A DNA stretch of 64,000 nt from Candidatus Wolfebacteria bacterium RIFCSPLOWO2_01_FULL_45_19 (GCA_001793855.1 MGIR01000001.1:93891-157890); one strand, 5' to 3'; counted from the first letter of the stretch, positions 36,388 through 46,817 are shown. Numbers and translations are program-made. Notes: generated from the sequence alone by a model not told the origin.

Positions 36388-38460
36388 ATGCCACGAGCGC
36401 CGAAGAAGAACGTTTCCGGTTTCCTGCAGGATATTAAACATTCTTCCGTATCGCTTCCTAGAGCGTCCGAGCGTCCGTTCGGAGTAGCTCCAACCAAGCG
36501 AGTTTTTAGCGCGCCTAAGAAAATTGTTTTTGTCAAAGAAAGAACAGTCGGACATAAAGCTCCGTTCAAAACAACTCGGGTTTTTACGATTTCCGCTTTA
36601 GCCGGACTTTTTATCGCGGGATTTTTTATTTTCAATATTTTCAATCTTAAAGACGATTTCACCGCTTCTGCGAAAAACATAAGCGCATATTTCGCCGACG
36701 CTAAAGTTGCGTTTTTAAATTTTAATCCCAGCGGAGCCAAGGCGTCTTTTTTGGAAGCCGGGCGCGAGCTTGAATCGGTAAGAAACAAAGCAAACCGGTA
36801 TAAATTATTTGAATTTTCAAAATTGCTTGGCTCTTTTGCCCCTGCATTCAAAGAAATACCGGCTTTTTTCGGCAATTTAGGCCAATTTAGCGAACTTGCT
36901 TTCAAAATTTCAAATATTTCCGAACGGTTGTTACGCGACGGCGCGCGCAGCGTTTTTAACGGCCGCGGCGAATATTTAATAAAAGACATTGAAATGTTGC
37001 GAACCGACATAAAAACATTAAGAGAGCTTTCGGTCACGCTAAGAAATCAAACACGTATGCTTGCCGATATGAATGGAGAAGATTATCTGGCGATGGACAT
37101 TGAACTTATGAGAATAGACGAACTACTTGGCGGAATTCTTTCAATTTTGAATGGGCCTGGCGAAAGGCATATAGCTATTTTTTTTCAAAATCCATCGGAA
37201 ATGAGGCCGTCCGGCGGATTTATTGGCAGTTACGCCGACGTTGTTTTCCAAAACGGAAATATTGTTAAATTTGACACACGCGACATTTACGACCCCGACG
37301 GCCAACTTGATTTAAAAGTCATTCCGCCGCGGCAAATGCAATCGCTTACCGCAACTTGGGGCGCGCGCGACGCCAATTGGTTCTTTAACTTTCCGACTTC
37401 AGCGCAAAAAGTTCTCTATTTTCTTGAAAAATCGAAAATGTACAGCGAGCGCATTATTACGTTTGACGGCGCGATAGCCGTTAACGCGAATGTCGTAAAA
37501 GACATTCTTGAAGTGGTGGGGCCGATAGATGTGCCGGAATACGATCTTGTAATAGACGCGGAAAATTTCCTGCTGGAAATACAAGAGGAAGTTAGAACCG
37601 GAAGAGACAGACAAATACAGCAACCAAAGAAAATTTTAAAAACAATAGCGCCGATTTTGATTAAACGCTTGGTGGCCATGAACGAGACGGGACAAAAAGA
37701 ATTGATTTTAAAAATAAGGGAACGCGTCGCCAAAAAAGACATTCAAGCATATTTTCGCGACAAACGCGTCCAAAATTTCGTTTTGAGAAGCGACGCCGCG
37801 GGCGAAGTATTTCAACTGCCTAGCGGATTTTTTGGAGATTATCTCGCGGTTGTTAACGCCAACATTGCCGGCGGCAAGACCGATATTTTTATGAGCCAGT
37901 CCATTGATTTGACATCCTCAATTGACGCGTCTGGACGAATACGAAACAACCTTCAAATTACAAGAACCCACGACGGCCATACGCAAAAACAAAGCTGGTA
38001 TCGCGCTTTGAACCAGAATTTTATAAAAATATTCACCGTTCCAGGTTTCAAAATAATTTCCGCGCAAGGCAATCACGCGAAAACCGTCAAACCGCAGATA
38101 GATTACGATTCAGCCGGTTATGTTAAAGACCCCGATTTGGAAAAAATTGAAGGTGAAAAAGGAAAAATTGAAATTTCAAACGAGGCCGGAAAAACAACGT
38201 TCGGGACGTGGTTTAGCGTGGAGGCCGGAAAAACAAAAACTCTGGAAATTGATTATGAACGGGAGGGTTTTTTGCCCTCTGACGGCAAGATTTATCAATT
38301 TGTATTTGAAAAGCAATCCGGCGTAAACAGTTCTTTTAAACTCTCGTTTGAAGCGCCGCCGGGTTTTCGTTGGCATGAATCCAACAGCGCGTTTTTCACT
38401 TACAAAACCGATAACCCAAACGGCAGAATCATTATCCATCTGACATTGATAAAATCATAG
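36388..38460 (+). CDS. DUF4012-like membrane-anchored protein
   Basis: An N-terminal transmembrane segment is followed by RPSGGFIGSY, recalled as characteristic of DUF4012 proteins from glycan/cell-envelope clusters. Confidence 0.5.
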   Translation: MPRAPKKNVSGFLQDIKHSSVSLPRASERPFGVAPTKRVFSAPKKIVFVKERTVGHKAPFKTTRVFTISALAGLFIAGFFIFNIFNLKDDFTASAKNISAYFADAKVAFLNFNPSGAKASFLEAGRELESVRNKANRYKLFEFSKLLGSFAPAFKEIPAFFGNLGQFSELAFKISNISERLLRDGARSVFNGRGEYLIKDIEMLRTDIKTLRELSVTLRNQTRMLADMNGEDYLAMDIELMRIDELLGGILSILNGPGERHIAIFFQNPSEMRPSGGFIGSYADVVFQNGNIVKFDTRDIYDPDGQLDLKVIPPRQMQSLTATWGARDANWFFNFPTSAQKVLYFLEKSKMYSERIITFDGAIAVNANVVKDILEVVGPIDVPEYDLVIDAENFLLEIQEEVRTGRDRQIQQPKKILKTIAPILIKRLVAMNETGQKELILKIRERVAKKDIQAYFRDKRVQNFVLRSDAAGEVFQLPSGFFGDYLAVVNANIAGGKTDIFMSQSIDLTSSIDASGRIRNNLQITRTHDGHTQKQSWYRALNQNFIKIFTVPGFKIISAQGNHAKTVKPQIDYDSAGYVKDPDLEKIEGEKGKIEISNEAGKTTFGTWFSVEAGKTKTLEIDYEREGFLPSDGKIYQFVFEKQSGVNSSFKLSFEAPPGFRWHESNSAFFTYKTDNPNGRIIIHLTLIKS

Positions 38461-38462
38461 TT

Positions 38463-40229
38463 ATGAATAACATCAGAAACTTTTGCATCATTGCGCACAT
38501 AGATCATGGAAAAAGCACATTAGCCGATCGTTTTCTTGAAGTAACCGGCACGGTAGAGAAAAGAAAAATGCGGGCGCAGTATCTTGACCAGTTGGAACTT
38601 GAAAGAGAGCGGGGGATTACCATAAAAATGGCCCCAGTTCGCATGTCATATCTCTTAAATCATAAATCTTATATCTTAAATCTGATAGACACTCCCGGTC
38701 ATAGCGATTTTTCCTATGAAGTATCCCGCGGCTTGGCTGCGGTTGAGGGTGCGATTCTTTTGGTTGACGCGACGCAAGGACTTCAAGCGCAGACGCTTAG
38801 CAATTTTAACGCCGCGAGAAAAATCGGCTTGAAAATAATAGGCGCCGTAAACAAAGTTGACCTTGAACCGCCACAGCTTGAAGAAACTGTGCGGAACTTA
38901 GCCGCGTTGCTGGAAGTGCCGCTTTCGGATATTTTCCGAGTTTCCGCCAAAACCGGTTACGGCGTTGAACGTTTATTAAACGCGGTCATAGATCGTGTTC
39001 CGTCGCCGCTTGAAGAGCCGAGTGATGTTTTTAAAGCATTGGTATTTAACTCGCTCTACGACGACCATAAAGGAGTCGTGTCTTTTGTCAGAGTTTTTTC
39101 GGGGAAAATAGCTTCCGGAAATGAAATTTTTTTGATGGCCAGCAACACGCGCTCAAAGCTTAAAGAAGTGGGCTATTTCGCTCCGGAATTAAAAAAAGGC
39201 GAAATGCTAAATGAGGGCGAAATCGGTTATTTGGCTACCGGAATTAAAGACCCGGACACTCTAAAAATCGGGGACACCATAGCCAGTGACCAAGTTAAGC
39301 CGTTGCCGGGCTATAAAGAACCGAAACCGGTACTTTTCGTTTCTTTTTATCCCGAAGACAATAACGAATACGAGAATTTAAAACAGGCATTGCGCCGCTT
39401 GCGCCTTAACGACCCGGCTTTGACGTTTGAGCCGGATTCAAATGAACTTCTTGGCAGGGGATTCAAATGCGGTTTTCTCGGCCGTTTGCATTTTGAAATT
39501 ACGGCAGAACGGCTTGAGCGTGAATTCAACTTAAAAACCATAAATAGTTTCCCGTCCGTAACATACGAAGTTGTTGAAAAAAATAAAACCAGCATCATTA
39601 CCAGCCCTGAAGATTTTCCGAACAAGCCGGACGCGATAAAAGAGCCTGTTGCTGAAGTTGAAATTCTCGCGCCGTCAAAATATCTCAGCGCGATTCTCGG
39701 TTTGAAAGAAAAGTTCAGGTTTCAAGACATAAAAACAGAAATCGTCGGCAGCTTAAACGTAATAAAAGTTATAATGCCGCTCGCGGATTTAATGCTTGAT
39801 TTTGACGACAATATAAAAACACTCAGCGCGGGTTTCGCGTCTTTCAGTTACGAACTTAAAGAAATGCAGCCAGCCGACGTTGTAAAGCTTGAGATTATCG
39901 TTGCCGGACAGCGTGTTCCCGGCTTGTCGCGGATCGTGCCCAAAAAAGATATCATACGAGAAGGCCGCGTTATGACTGAAAAACTTAAAAAGATTCTCCC
40001 CCGTCAGCAAATTTCGCAAACAGTGCAAGCAATTGCCGGAGGGCAGATAATAGCACGCGAAGACATCCCGGCTTTAAGAAAAGACGTTGCCGGCTATCTT
40101 TACGGCGGAGACAGAACGCGAAAAATGAAACTTTGGCAAAAACAAAAAAGGGGTAAGAAAAAAATGGCGGCAATGACCAAGATAGTCATACCGCCAAAGG
40201 CGTATTTGGAATTGCTTAAAAAACAGTGA
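38463..40229 (+). CDS. lepA: elongation factor 4 (LepA)
   Basis: The G1-G4 GTPase motifs are present (AHIDHGKST, DTPGH, NKVD) together with the LepA C-terminal domain. Confidence 0.95.
   Translation: MNNIRNFCIIAHIDHGKSTLADRFLEVTGTVEKRKMRAQYLDQLELERERGITIKMAPVRMSYLLNHKSYILNLIDTPGHSDFSYEVSRGLAAVEGAILLVDATQGLQAQTLSNFNAARKIGLKIIGAVNKVDLEPPQLEETVRNLAALLEVPLSDIFRVSAKTGYGVERLLNAVIDRVPSPLEEPSDVFKALVFNSLYDDHKGVVSFVRVFSGKIASGNEIFLMASNTRSKLKEVGYFAPELKKGEMLNEGEIGYLATGIKDPDTLKIGDTIASDQVKPLPGYKEPKPVLFVSFYPEDNNEYENLKQALRRLRLNDPALTFEPDSNELLGRGFKCGFLGRLHFEITAERLEREFNLKTINSFPSVTYEVVEKNKTSIITSPEDFPNKPDAIKEPVAEVEILAPSKYLSAILGLKEKFRFQDIKTEIVGSLNVIKVIMPLADLMLDFDDNIKTLSAGFASFSYELKEMQPADVVKLEIIVAGQRVPGLSRIVPKKDIIREGRVMTEKLKKILPRQQISQTVQAIAGGQIIAREDIPALRKDVAGYLYGGDRTRKMKLWQKQKRGKKKMAAMTKIVIPPKAYLELLKKQ
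38647..38685. repeat. 5 x 7-nt tandem repeat (TMAATCT) inside lepA
   Basis: tatctct taaatca taaatct tatatct taaatct. The gene length is normal relative to E. coli LepA. Confidence 0.6.
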
Positions 40230-40231
40230 AA

Positions 40232-41539
40232 TTACCATGAGTGTTTGAATTTCAGCTGTTCGTAAAGAATATTTAACGCTCTCACGTAAGCGCTTTGGGT
40301 CAAGGTTAGGTTTCGTTCTTGGCTTATTCTATATATTCCATCAATAACCGTAGTCATTATTTTTCTTAATTCTCCGTGCACCCAAAGCAAATCGTCGTAA
40401 TAATCAACCGCGTGCCTGCGCTCTCCGCGATTACGACGCCATTCGCAATACGAACCGGTAACTCCGCCGACGCCAGCGGCAATGCTTGTTACCACGTGTA
40501 TATTTCTGCGATCAAGGTCATCTTGCGCGGTTGGAATAATACATTCATTTCCTGGTTCCAAAACTAATTCCGCTTTTATTCGGTCAACGTTGTCGTTGGT
40601 TATCTGGTTTTCCATTGACGCAAGAACAAGTATATCAGTACGAAGTTCAAGCAATTCTTCTCCGCTGATCTGGTCCGCGAGATTTGCATCATAACTAGCG
40701 AAAGTCCCGTAAGTTTCATAATGTTGCTTCACATTTTTCACATCCAATCCCGAACGATTGTATATTCCGCCATTAACATCACACACGGCTCCAACGTAAT
40801 AACGGCTGAATTCTTCATCAAGCGTAAGGGCTGCGCAATTCATTCCAACATTGCCGTATCCATGGATAGTAAGCATTATTTTGTTCTTGCTCTCAAATAA
40901 ATTTGAAAGTTTCAAATAGCGATTAAGCAAGAAAAGCAATCCGCGAGATGTTGCGTCTTCGCGCCCGGGACAACCGTCATGTTCAATCGGTTTTCCAGTT
41001 ACAATCGCGGCAATGTTTGGAAGCTGAGTCAATGAATTTAACTCTGCGGCTTTGTTGTAAATCCAAAACATTGTTTCCGAGTTGCTTCCGACATCAGGCC
41101 CGGGAACATAATAATCAGGATTGAGTATCTTTTTAAACAGCAATCGTTCAGTTGCTTTTTCTATAATCGCGCGAATGAATCTTTTTTCGTAAGAAGTTGG
41201 ATTAATTGAGATTCCAAACTTCGCACCACCAAAAGGCAAATTAGCCTCGGCGTTTTTTAAAGTCATATCAAAACCAAAAGTGCGCAATCTGTCCAAGTCA
41301 ACGTCTTTATGCATTCTGAATCCGCCCTTAAATGGCCTGGCGCCGGATGAATGCGGATTGCAGTGTAAAACGCCCAACAACTTAAAAGTTTCTTGATGAT
41401 TACCGATATCAACCCGTATTTTTGTGTCACAAATATCTTTTGGCTCGCTAAGCTCATACATAAGCTTATCCGGAAGACCGGCAAGCTCGGCGTAACGCGC
41501 GACTTGAATTAGTTTTTCACTAAACATACCAACCTCCAC
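40232..41539 (-). CDS. gdhA: NAD(P)-dependent glutamate dehydrogenase (Glu/Leu/Phe/Val DH family)
   Basis: The lysine-containing GGAKFGI region is present, with GYGNVG Rossmann and PGPDVGSNSETMFW motifs. Confidence 0.85.
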   Translation of the reverse strand: MEVGMFSEKLIQVARYAELAGLPDKLMYELSEPKDICDTKIRVDIGNHQETFKLLGVLHCNPHSSGARPFKGGFRMHKDVDLDRLRTFGFDMTLKNAEANLPFGGAKFGISINPTSYEKRFIRAIIEKATERLLFKKILNPDYYVPGPDVGSNSETMFWIYNKAAELNSLTQLPNIAAIVTGKPIEHDGCPGREDATSRGLLFLLNRYLKLSNLFESKNKIMLTIHGYGNVGMNCAALTLDEEFSRYYVGAVCDVNGGIYNRSGLDVKNVKQHYETYGTFASYDANLADQISGEELLELRTDILVLASMENQITNDNVDRIKAELVLEPGNECIIPTAQDDLDRRNIHVVTSIAAGVGGVTGSYCEWRRNRGERRHAVDYYDDLLWVHGELRKIMTTVIDGIYRISQERNLTLTQSAYVRALNILYEQLKFKHSW

Positions 41540-41617
41540 ACCCAGAAATCAAAGAACATTACAATTATAAGCGTAGTTTGCGAAAAAGCAACCGAGGCGT
41601 TAGTATAAAGGGAATCT

Positions 41618-41881
41618 ATGCGTTTTTTCTTGATTTTTGCGTTCTTAATCGGCATAGGCGTATTGCTCGGTGCGCAAAGCGTCAACCTTTTCAAACAACA
41701 GCGCGAATTGCGCGCGGAATTTGCCGAAGTGTCGTCACGGTTGGAACGACTTATTCTGGAAAACAACGAATTGGAAAAAAGGATTGAATATCTGTTCTTT
41801 CCGGAAAATCTTGAAAAAGAACTGCGGGCTTTAAATTACAAAGCTACGGAAGAAAACTTGCTAATTTTAATCAATGAATAA
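41618..41881 (+). CDS. septum formation initiator family protein (FtsB/DivIC-like)
   Basis: An N-terminal transmembrane segment is followed by a coiled coil. The protein is 87 aa. Confidence 0.6.
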   Translation: MRFFLIFAFLIGIGVLLGAQSVNLFKQQRELRAEFAEVSSRLERLILENNELEKRIEYLFFPENLEKELRALNYKATEENLLILINE

Positions 41882-42452
41882 TCGGGGAATAATGGTGGTT
41901 TTCGGCGCAATGATTTCGATCGGGCTTATTTTTAGTTACGCGCTCCACGGCGGTCTGTTTCCGGTTGTTTTTGTAGGCGTTTCACCGATAACGTTAAAAG
42001 TCCTTGACGAGATGCATTTTGCGGCGATGCGCTATTACGGAAACATGGTTAAGACTTACGGCAGTGACCCGAACGAACTCAATGACTCGGAAACAAAACA
42101 AGAAGTGCGTCGCGCGTCGCTCAGTAAACTGATTGACGAAGTTTTGATAAAAAACGAATTAAAAAAACGTTTGGGCAAGAACTTGAATCTTGTGGTACGA
42201 AACAAGCTCGGAGAAATATCCAAAAACGAAGAATTCCGTAACGCCACTACGCTTTTTTACGGTCTTAACTTAAATGAACTTGAACGCGTTTTTCTTATAC
42301 CGCAAGCAGAATACGAAATTCTTGAAGGTCGCTTGATTATTGAACAGAAAGAAATAAAAGATTGGCTGAACAACGCGCGTCACGCGGCAAATGTAACGAT
42401 CTTGTCTTCGGAGTTCAAATGGAACGGTGCAAGTGTTGAATTGCGGGATTAG
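41874..42452 (+). CDS. hypothetical protein with N-terminal TM (SurA N-domain-like)
   Basis: The 3' end overlaps tRNA-Gly by 10 nt. Confidence 0.4.
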   Translation: MNNRGIMVVFGAMISIGLIFSYALHGGLFPVVFVGVSPITLKVLDEMHFAAMRYYGNMVKTYGSDPNELNDSETKQEVRRASLSKLIDEVLIKNELKKRLGKNLNLVVRNKLGEISKNEEFRNATTLFYGLNLNELERVFLIPQAEYEILEGRLIIEQKEIKDWLNNARHAANVTILSSEFKWNGASVELRD

Positions 42453-42513
42453 TTTAGTGGTAAAACGCCTGCTTCCCAAGCAGAAGATACCAGTTCGATT
42501 CTGGTATCCCGCA
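42443..42513 (+). tRNA. tRNA-Gly (anticodon CCC), no encoded CCA
   Basis: The acceptor stem is GCGGGAT/ATCCCGC. The anticodon loop is TTCCCAA and the T-loop is TTCGATT. The body is close to E. coli tRNA-Gly(CCC). Confidence 0.85.
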
Positions 42514-42553
42514 TAAAATTAAAAATGCCAGGATGCAACGCATGGGTCTAACC

Positions 42554-42583
42554 TTGACTTTTTTTGCATATTTGCTATACAAT
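42554..42583 (+). promoter_or_regulatory. promoter TTGACT-N16/18-TATACA/TACAAT
   Basis: The elements are in the sequence, upstream of the alanine-dehydrogenase-like gene. Confidence 0.5.
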
Positions 42584-42616
42584 AAATGCGTTTGAAAACT
42601 GAAAATGGAGAGTAGC

Positions 42617-43549
42617 ATGATAATAGGAGTTCCAAAAGAACTGAAAGCGTTTGAAGGAAGGGCCGGCCTTGATCCTTTGGGTGTTTTGGCGTTAATCCGG
42701 GAAAACCGTATCGTTTTGGTTGAGAATAGCGCGGGTGCGCTGGCAGGTTTTTCAGACGAAGAATATATTAAAGCCGGCGCTAATATATGTTCACGGAAAA
42801 AATTGTGGGAGTCGGCTGAACTCATAGTCAAAGTAAAAGAGCCGTTGCCCGAAGAATATCCGTTTTTCAGAAACGGACTTACGATAATGGCTTTTTTTCA
42901 CTTTTCCGCGAATTCCGAGCTAAAAGAAAAATGCGCGAGCGCCGGAATCAATGCGATTCCTTATGAAGAAATACAAACATCGAACGGGGAAAAGCCGATT
43001 TTGAAAGCGATGAGCGTAATAGCCGGAGAAGTTGCCGTTGATATGGCCGTCCAATATTTGCGGACAGAATACGGCCGTAGAGGAATTTTAATGTCCGATG
43101 CGGTTGTTACGATTATCGGAGCGTTAGGAAATGTTGGTTCCAGAGCGCATTCATTGTTAAAAAACCGCGCAAAAAGAATTTATATTTTGGATAATCGCGG
43201 CGCGCGTCCCGCAACTCCCGAAAATATCGTAGAAGCAATTTCTAAAAGCGATATCGTAATCGGCGCGGCTGTAAACAAAGCAGGCGGCGCCCCGCATTTG
43301 ATTACTCGCGATATGGTTAAAAGAATGCGTCCGGGCTCGGTTCTTATTGATGTAGCCATAGATGAAGGGGGGATTTCAGAGACATCTCGCCCGACAACAT
43401 ACGCTAATCCGTATTACTTTGATGAAGGCGTGATTCATGTTTGCGTAGCCAATTTGCCTGGAGGAGTTCCGCGTTCCGCGACTCCACGCCTTGTTAATGA
43501 ATCTCTGCCCTATATTATGGGAGTGGCGTCTGGAATAAATATTTTATAA
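42617..43549 (+). CDS. alanine dehydrogenase / PNT-family NAD-binding protein (short)
   Basis: The N-terminal MIIGVPKE is present. The Rossmann sequence is IIGALGNVG. The second ATG was chosen; an alternative ATG lies at 42605. Confidence 0.65.
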   Translation: MIIGVPKELKAFEGRAGLDPLGVLALIRENRIVLVENSAGALAGFSDEEYIKAGANICSRKKLWESAELIVKVKEPLPEEYPFFRNGLTIMAFFHFSANSELKEKCASAGINAIPYEEIQTSNGEKPILKAMSVIAGEVAVDMAVQYLRTEYGRRGILMSDAVVTIIGALGNVGSRAHSLLKNRAKRIYILDNRGARPATPENIVEAISKSDIVIGAAVNKAGGAPHLITRDMVKRMRPGSVLIDVAIDEGGISETSRPTTYANPYYFDEGVIHVCVANLPGGVPRSATPRLVNESLPYIMGVASGINIL

Positions 43550-43554
43550 AAATA

Positions 43555-43584
43555 AAAGAGCCGATTTAAAATCGGCTCTTTTTA
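43555..43584. terminator. bidirectional rho-independent terminator
   Basis: A hairpin (agagccgat-ttaaa-atcggctct) lies between convergent genes. Confidence 0.65.
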
Positions 43585-43595
43585 TCTTTTTTTGC

Positions 43596-46157
43596 CTAAA
43601 GTTTTTCGCGCTCAGCCCACGCGATGTTTATTTTGATTTTTTCCACAATCTTATCCATTGTTCGTTCAAGGCCTTCCAGACGATTCTTTTTGAAAAATTC
43701 TTCCACATCGGCGAGCATTTCTTTTGTCGCGAATCCACCCATTGGTTCAAGTATATCGACCAACATGAAGTAGACGCCGTGATAACGGCTTCTAACCTCG
43801 TCCCAATTACTTTTAATGAACTGCCAAACCATTTTTCTCGCACAATGGTTCGTACCCATGGCGGAAAATAGAATTGGAAAATCTTGTTTCCTTAATTCAT
43901 CACTGAGTGAAAAGTCAAGTATTGTTTTTACCGCATCCACGTCGCGAAAGTTACCCATAGCTATCAGAACTCGCGTTTTTTCTTCGTGAGAGTCGCTTTT
44001 TCTGTGAATTTCGCGCAATGCCGACAAGGTATCGCTGTCGCCGTTTAAGGCAACTATGCTATAAACTGCCTGTCTCAAATCGGGGTCAAGTTTCTCGCCG
44101 TTGATAAATTTTTGAAAACGGCGACTTGCGTTTTTAATTGTATCGGAATCGCCATATTTTCCGGCCATACTCAAAATAAATCCTCGCAAAAGAACGTCAG
44201 TATGCGTATCGGAACGCGATTTTTTCCATCCAAGCAACTTCACCCGCGAATCTATAAGCAGCTGAGCCGTAACGTACAAGCGCTTTAAAATGTCTTCTTG
44301 ATTTCTTTCCTTTAATAAATTGTCAAGAGTTCCTAAAACGTTTCCTATAATCAACCATACGTTATAATTCGTTTCTTGGCGATAAACCAAAAGCATTTCG
44401 AGAACCGAAGAAGTTTCAATTTCTCCAGCTTGAACCAAAGCAAACGCGTCGTCCAAAATGCACATTCTGTCAATCGCGGAAAACTTCTTTTGTTTAACGC
44501 ATTCCGAAAGTTTTTTTAACATACTCTCTGGATACGCAACCCTGTAAAAACCGGCATGTCCGGGATTTAGTTTAATCCAATCATCGCCTTCGGCTTCTAC
44601 ATTTATTTCGTGGCTCTCTTTATCAAGATAATGCCTGGAGGTCCCTCTTGGAGTTAATATTTCAAAAGGAATATTCCAACGCGCATCTTGTTCACTTGTG
44701 TTTTCGGGAAGATACATAAACTGCTTTTGCGAAATCCTAAGCCGGGTTTTTCCGTTTTCGTTGCCAAGGTTTTCCACCATGATTACCGGGTATCCTGATC
44801 GGCGAGTAAACCCCGACATCACATCCTTTACCGGTTTTCCGGAACAGTCCTCCAGCGCCTGCCACAAATCATCGGACACGGCGTTTCCATAAGCGTGCCG
44901 TCTGAGATAAAGGGCGACTCCTTTGTCAAAATACTTACCAAGATAGTGATGAAGCATGCGATTTACCGATGCTCCTTTGTTATACGATATGGAATCGAAT
45001 ATTTCGTTTATTTCTTTTGGATTTTTAACTTCAACTTCAATCGGATGCGTATTTTTCAAACCGTCTTCTCTCAACGCGTCTAAATGAACCTCCGCGACAT
45101 ACCTTTCCAACGCTTGCCATTTTGGAAACTGATTGGAAACAGCTCTGTCCCCGACATATGAGGCGAAGCCTTCATTCAGCCAAAGATGCGTCCACCAAAC
45201 CATGGTCACGTAGTTTCCGAACCATTGATGCGCCAATTCGTGATCCACTACCGACGCAACTCCTTCTTTGGACGAAGCCGATGGATTCTGCGGATCAACC
45301 AAAAGAGCTGTTTCTCTGTAAGTTATCAGCCCCCAGTTTTCCATGGCGCCAGCGGCTAAATCCGGCAGAGAAACCATATCCAATTTTTGCAGAGGATACG
45401 GAATACCGTAAATATTCGCGAAGTATGGCAGTGTATGTAAAGCGCATTCAAGCGCGAATTGTCCATGCGATTGTTTTCCGGGTCTTGTCCAGACGCGAAT
45501 AAGAACTCCGTTGCAATCCCTATTCGCTATACAATCAAGTTCGGCAACAACAAAAGCTACTAGATACGTGGACATTTTTGGCGTGATTTCGAAAAGCACT
45601 TTTTTCAATCCGTAACCCGCGTTCGTTATGGAACGGGGCTCCATGTTTGAAAACGCCGTAAAATTTTCAGGCATCGTCAAGGCAATTCTGAAAGTAGCTT
45701 TGAAATCCGGTTCATCGAAACAGGGGAATGCCCGTCGCGCGTCGCAAGACTCAAGCTGAGTCACGGCTCCCCAACGTTTCTGCCCGTCAATTTTATAGGA
45801 CGTTCGGTAAAATCCGCGCATATTGTCGTTTAGTTCGCCGTTAAAACTCAAATAAAGCATCGGGGTCATTCCGGGTTTAAGTTCAAGTTCCGAATCCTCG
45901 CCCTCAAAGCTCGCAGTTTCCATATCTTTATCATATGAAACTCTAAGCAATTCTTTTGAATTGCCGCAGTCAAGCATCGCGTAATTTATCTTTAAATCCG
46001 CGGCATTCAGAACTATTTTTGACGTGGCCTCAAGTACGTTGAGTTGTATGGATTCTTCGCCTTCAAAAACAAAATTGGCAAGATCCGGCTTTATGTGAAT
46101 GTTGTAATGCAGCGGTTTAACATTTCTTGGCAAACGATGCGGATTTAATTGCTCCAC
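43596..46157 (-). CDS. pepN: aminopeptidase N (M1 family)
   Basis: The HEXXH motif (HELAHQWFGN) is followed by LWLNEGFA and a GAMEN-like region. Confidence 0.9.
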   Translation of the reverse strand: MEQLNPHRLPRNVKPLHYNIHIKPDLANFVFEGEESIQLNVLEATSKIVLNAADLKINYAMLDCGNSKELLRVSYDKDMETASFEGEDSELELKPGMTPMLYLSFNGELNDNMRGFYRTSYKIDGQKRWGAVTQLESCDARRAFPCFDEPDFKATFRIALTMPENFTAFSNMEPRSITNAGYGLKKVLFEITPKMSTYLVAFVVAELDCIANRDCNGVLIRVWTRPGKQSHGQFALECALHTLPYFANIYGIPYPLQKLDMVSLPDLAAGAMENWGLITYRETALLVDPQNPSASSKEGVASVVDHELAHQWFGNYVTMVWWTHLWLNEGFASYVGDRAVSNQFPKWQALERYVAEVHLDALREDGLKNTHPIEVEVKNPKEINEIFDSISYNKGASVNRMLHHYLGKYFDKGVALYLRRHAYGNAVSDDLWQALEDCSGKPVKDVMSGFTRRSGYPVIMVENLGNENGKTRLRISQKQFMYLPENTSEQDARWNIPFEILTPRGTSRHYLDKESHEINVEAEGDDWIKLNPGHAGFYRVAYPESMLKKLSECVKQKKFSAIDRMCILDDAFALVQAGEIETSSVLEMLLVYRQETNYNVWLIIGNVLGTLDNLLKERNQEDILKRLYVTAQLLIDSRVKLLGWKKSRSDTHTDVLLRGFILSMAGKYGDSDTIKNASRRFQKFINGEKLDPDLRQAVYSIVALNGDSDTLSALREIHRKSDSHEEKTRVLIAMGNFRDVDAVKTILDFSLSDELRKQDFPILFSAMGTNHCARKMVWQFIKSNWDEVRSRYHGVYFMLVDILEPMGGFATKEMLADVEEFFKKNRLEGLERTMDKIVEKIKINIAWAEREKL

Positions 46158-46213
46158 TCACAACCTCCGTATTAAGTTTTTATGGTACAGCGGAATACAT
46201 AGTATTAAATTAT

Positions 46214-46244
46214 TTGACGATTGTCAATTAAGCTGTGTTATAAT
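46214..46244 (+). promoter_or_regulatory. promoter with extended -10 (TGtTATAAT)
   Basis: -35 TTGACG at 46214; TGtTATAAT at 46236-46244. Confidence 0.4.
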
Positions 46245-46258
46245 TAAGATTCTATCCT

Positions 46259-46786
46259 ATGAAAGAAAAAACACACGGCAAATTTTTAAGCAGACATATA
46301 AAAGACATAATATACGGCGCGAACGACGGCATTATAACAACATTCGCGATAGTGGCCGGCGTTGCCGGAGCCGCGCTTTCGGTGCGAATTATTTTAATAC
46401 TTGGATTCGCGAATCTTATCGCCGACGGCATTTCAATGGCGGCGAGCAATTATCTCGGCGGCCGTTCCGAAGCCGAAATGATGCGATACGAACTAAAATT
46501 AACACCGGAGAAAAATAACGTGATTGTTTCTGGAGCACTGACAACATTTTTTGCTTTTGTGTTTGCCGGCGCGATTCCACTTCTGCCGTTTATATTACTA
46601 ACTGACGGAGGAACGCTTTTTATCTCAAGCATCGCGACAGCTTTTGCCCTTTTTGCTGTCGGAGCGGCTCGCTCGCTTATCACTGCCGCAAATTGGTTTG
46701 TTTCAGGATTGGAAATGCTCGTCATAGGAGGAATTGCAGCGTCCGCGGCGTATTTCATAGGATTTGCTGTAAGTTTTGTAGTATAA
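46259..46786 (+). CDS. VIT1/CCC1 family iron/manganese transporter
   Basis: The motif DGIITTFAIVAGV is present with five transmembrane segments. Confidence 0.8.
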   Translation: MKEKTHGKFLSRHIKDIIYGANDGIITTFAIVAGVAGAALSVRIILILGFANLIADGISMAASNYLGGRSEAEMMRYELKLTPEKNNVIVSGALTTFFAFVFAGAIPLLPFILLTDGGTLFISSIATAFALFAVGAARSLITAANWFVSGLEMLVIGGIAASAAYFIGFAVSFVV

Positions 46787-46817
46787 TTGTGGTATGATTT
46801 TTGCCGGCTCTCAATAC

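Noticed and set aside
36138-37037. 299-aa ORF on the minus strand spanning the GT4 3' end and the DUF4012 5' end
   Set aside because: It is antisense to two well-supported genes, Ser-, Leu- and Lys-rich and low in complexity, and has no ribosome-binding site. It is probably a chance ORF in AT-biased antisense sequence.
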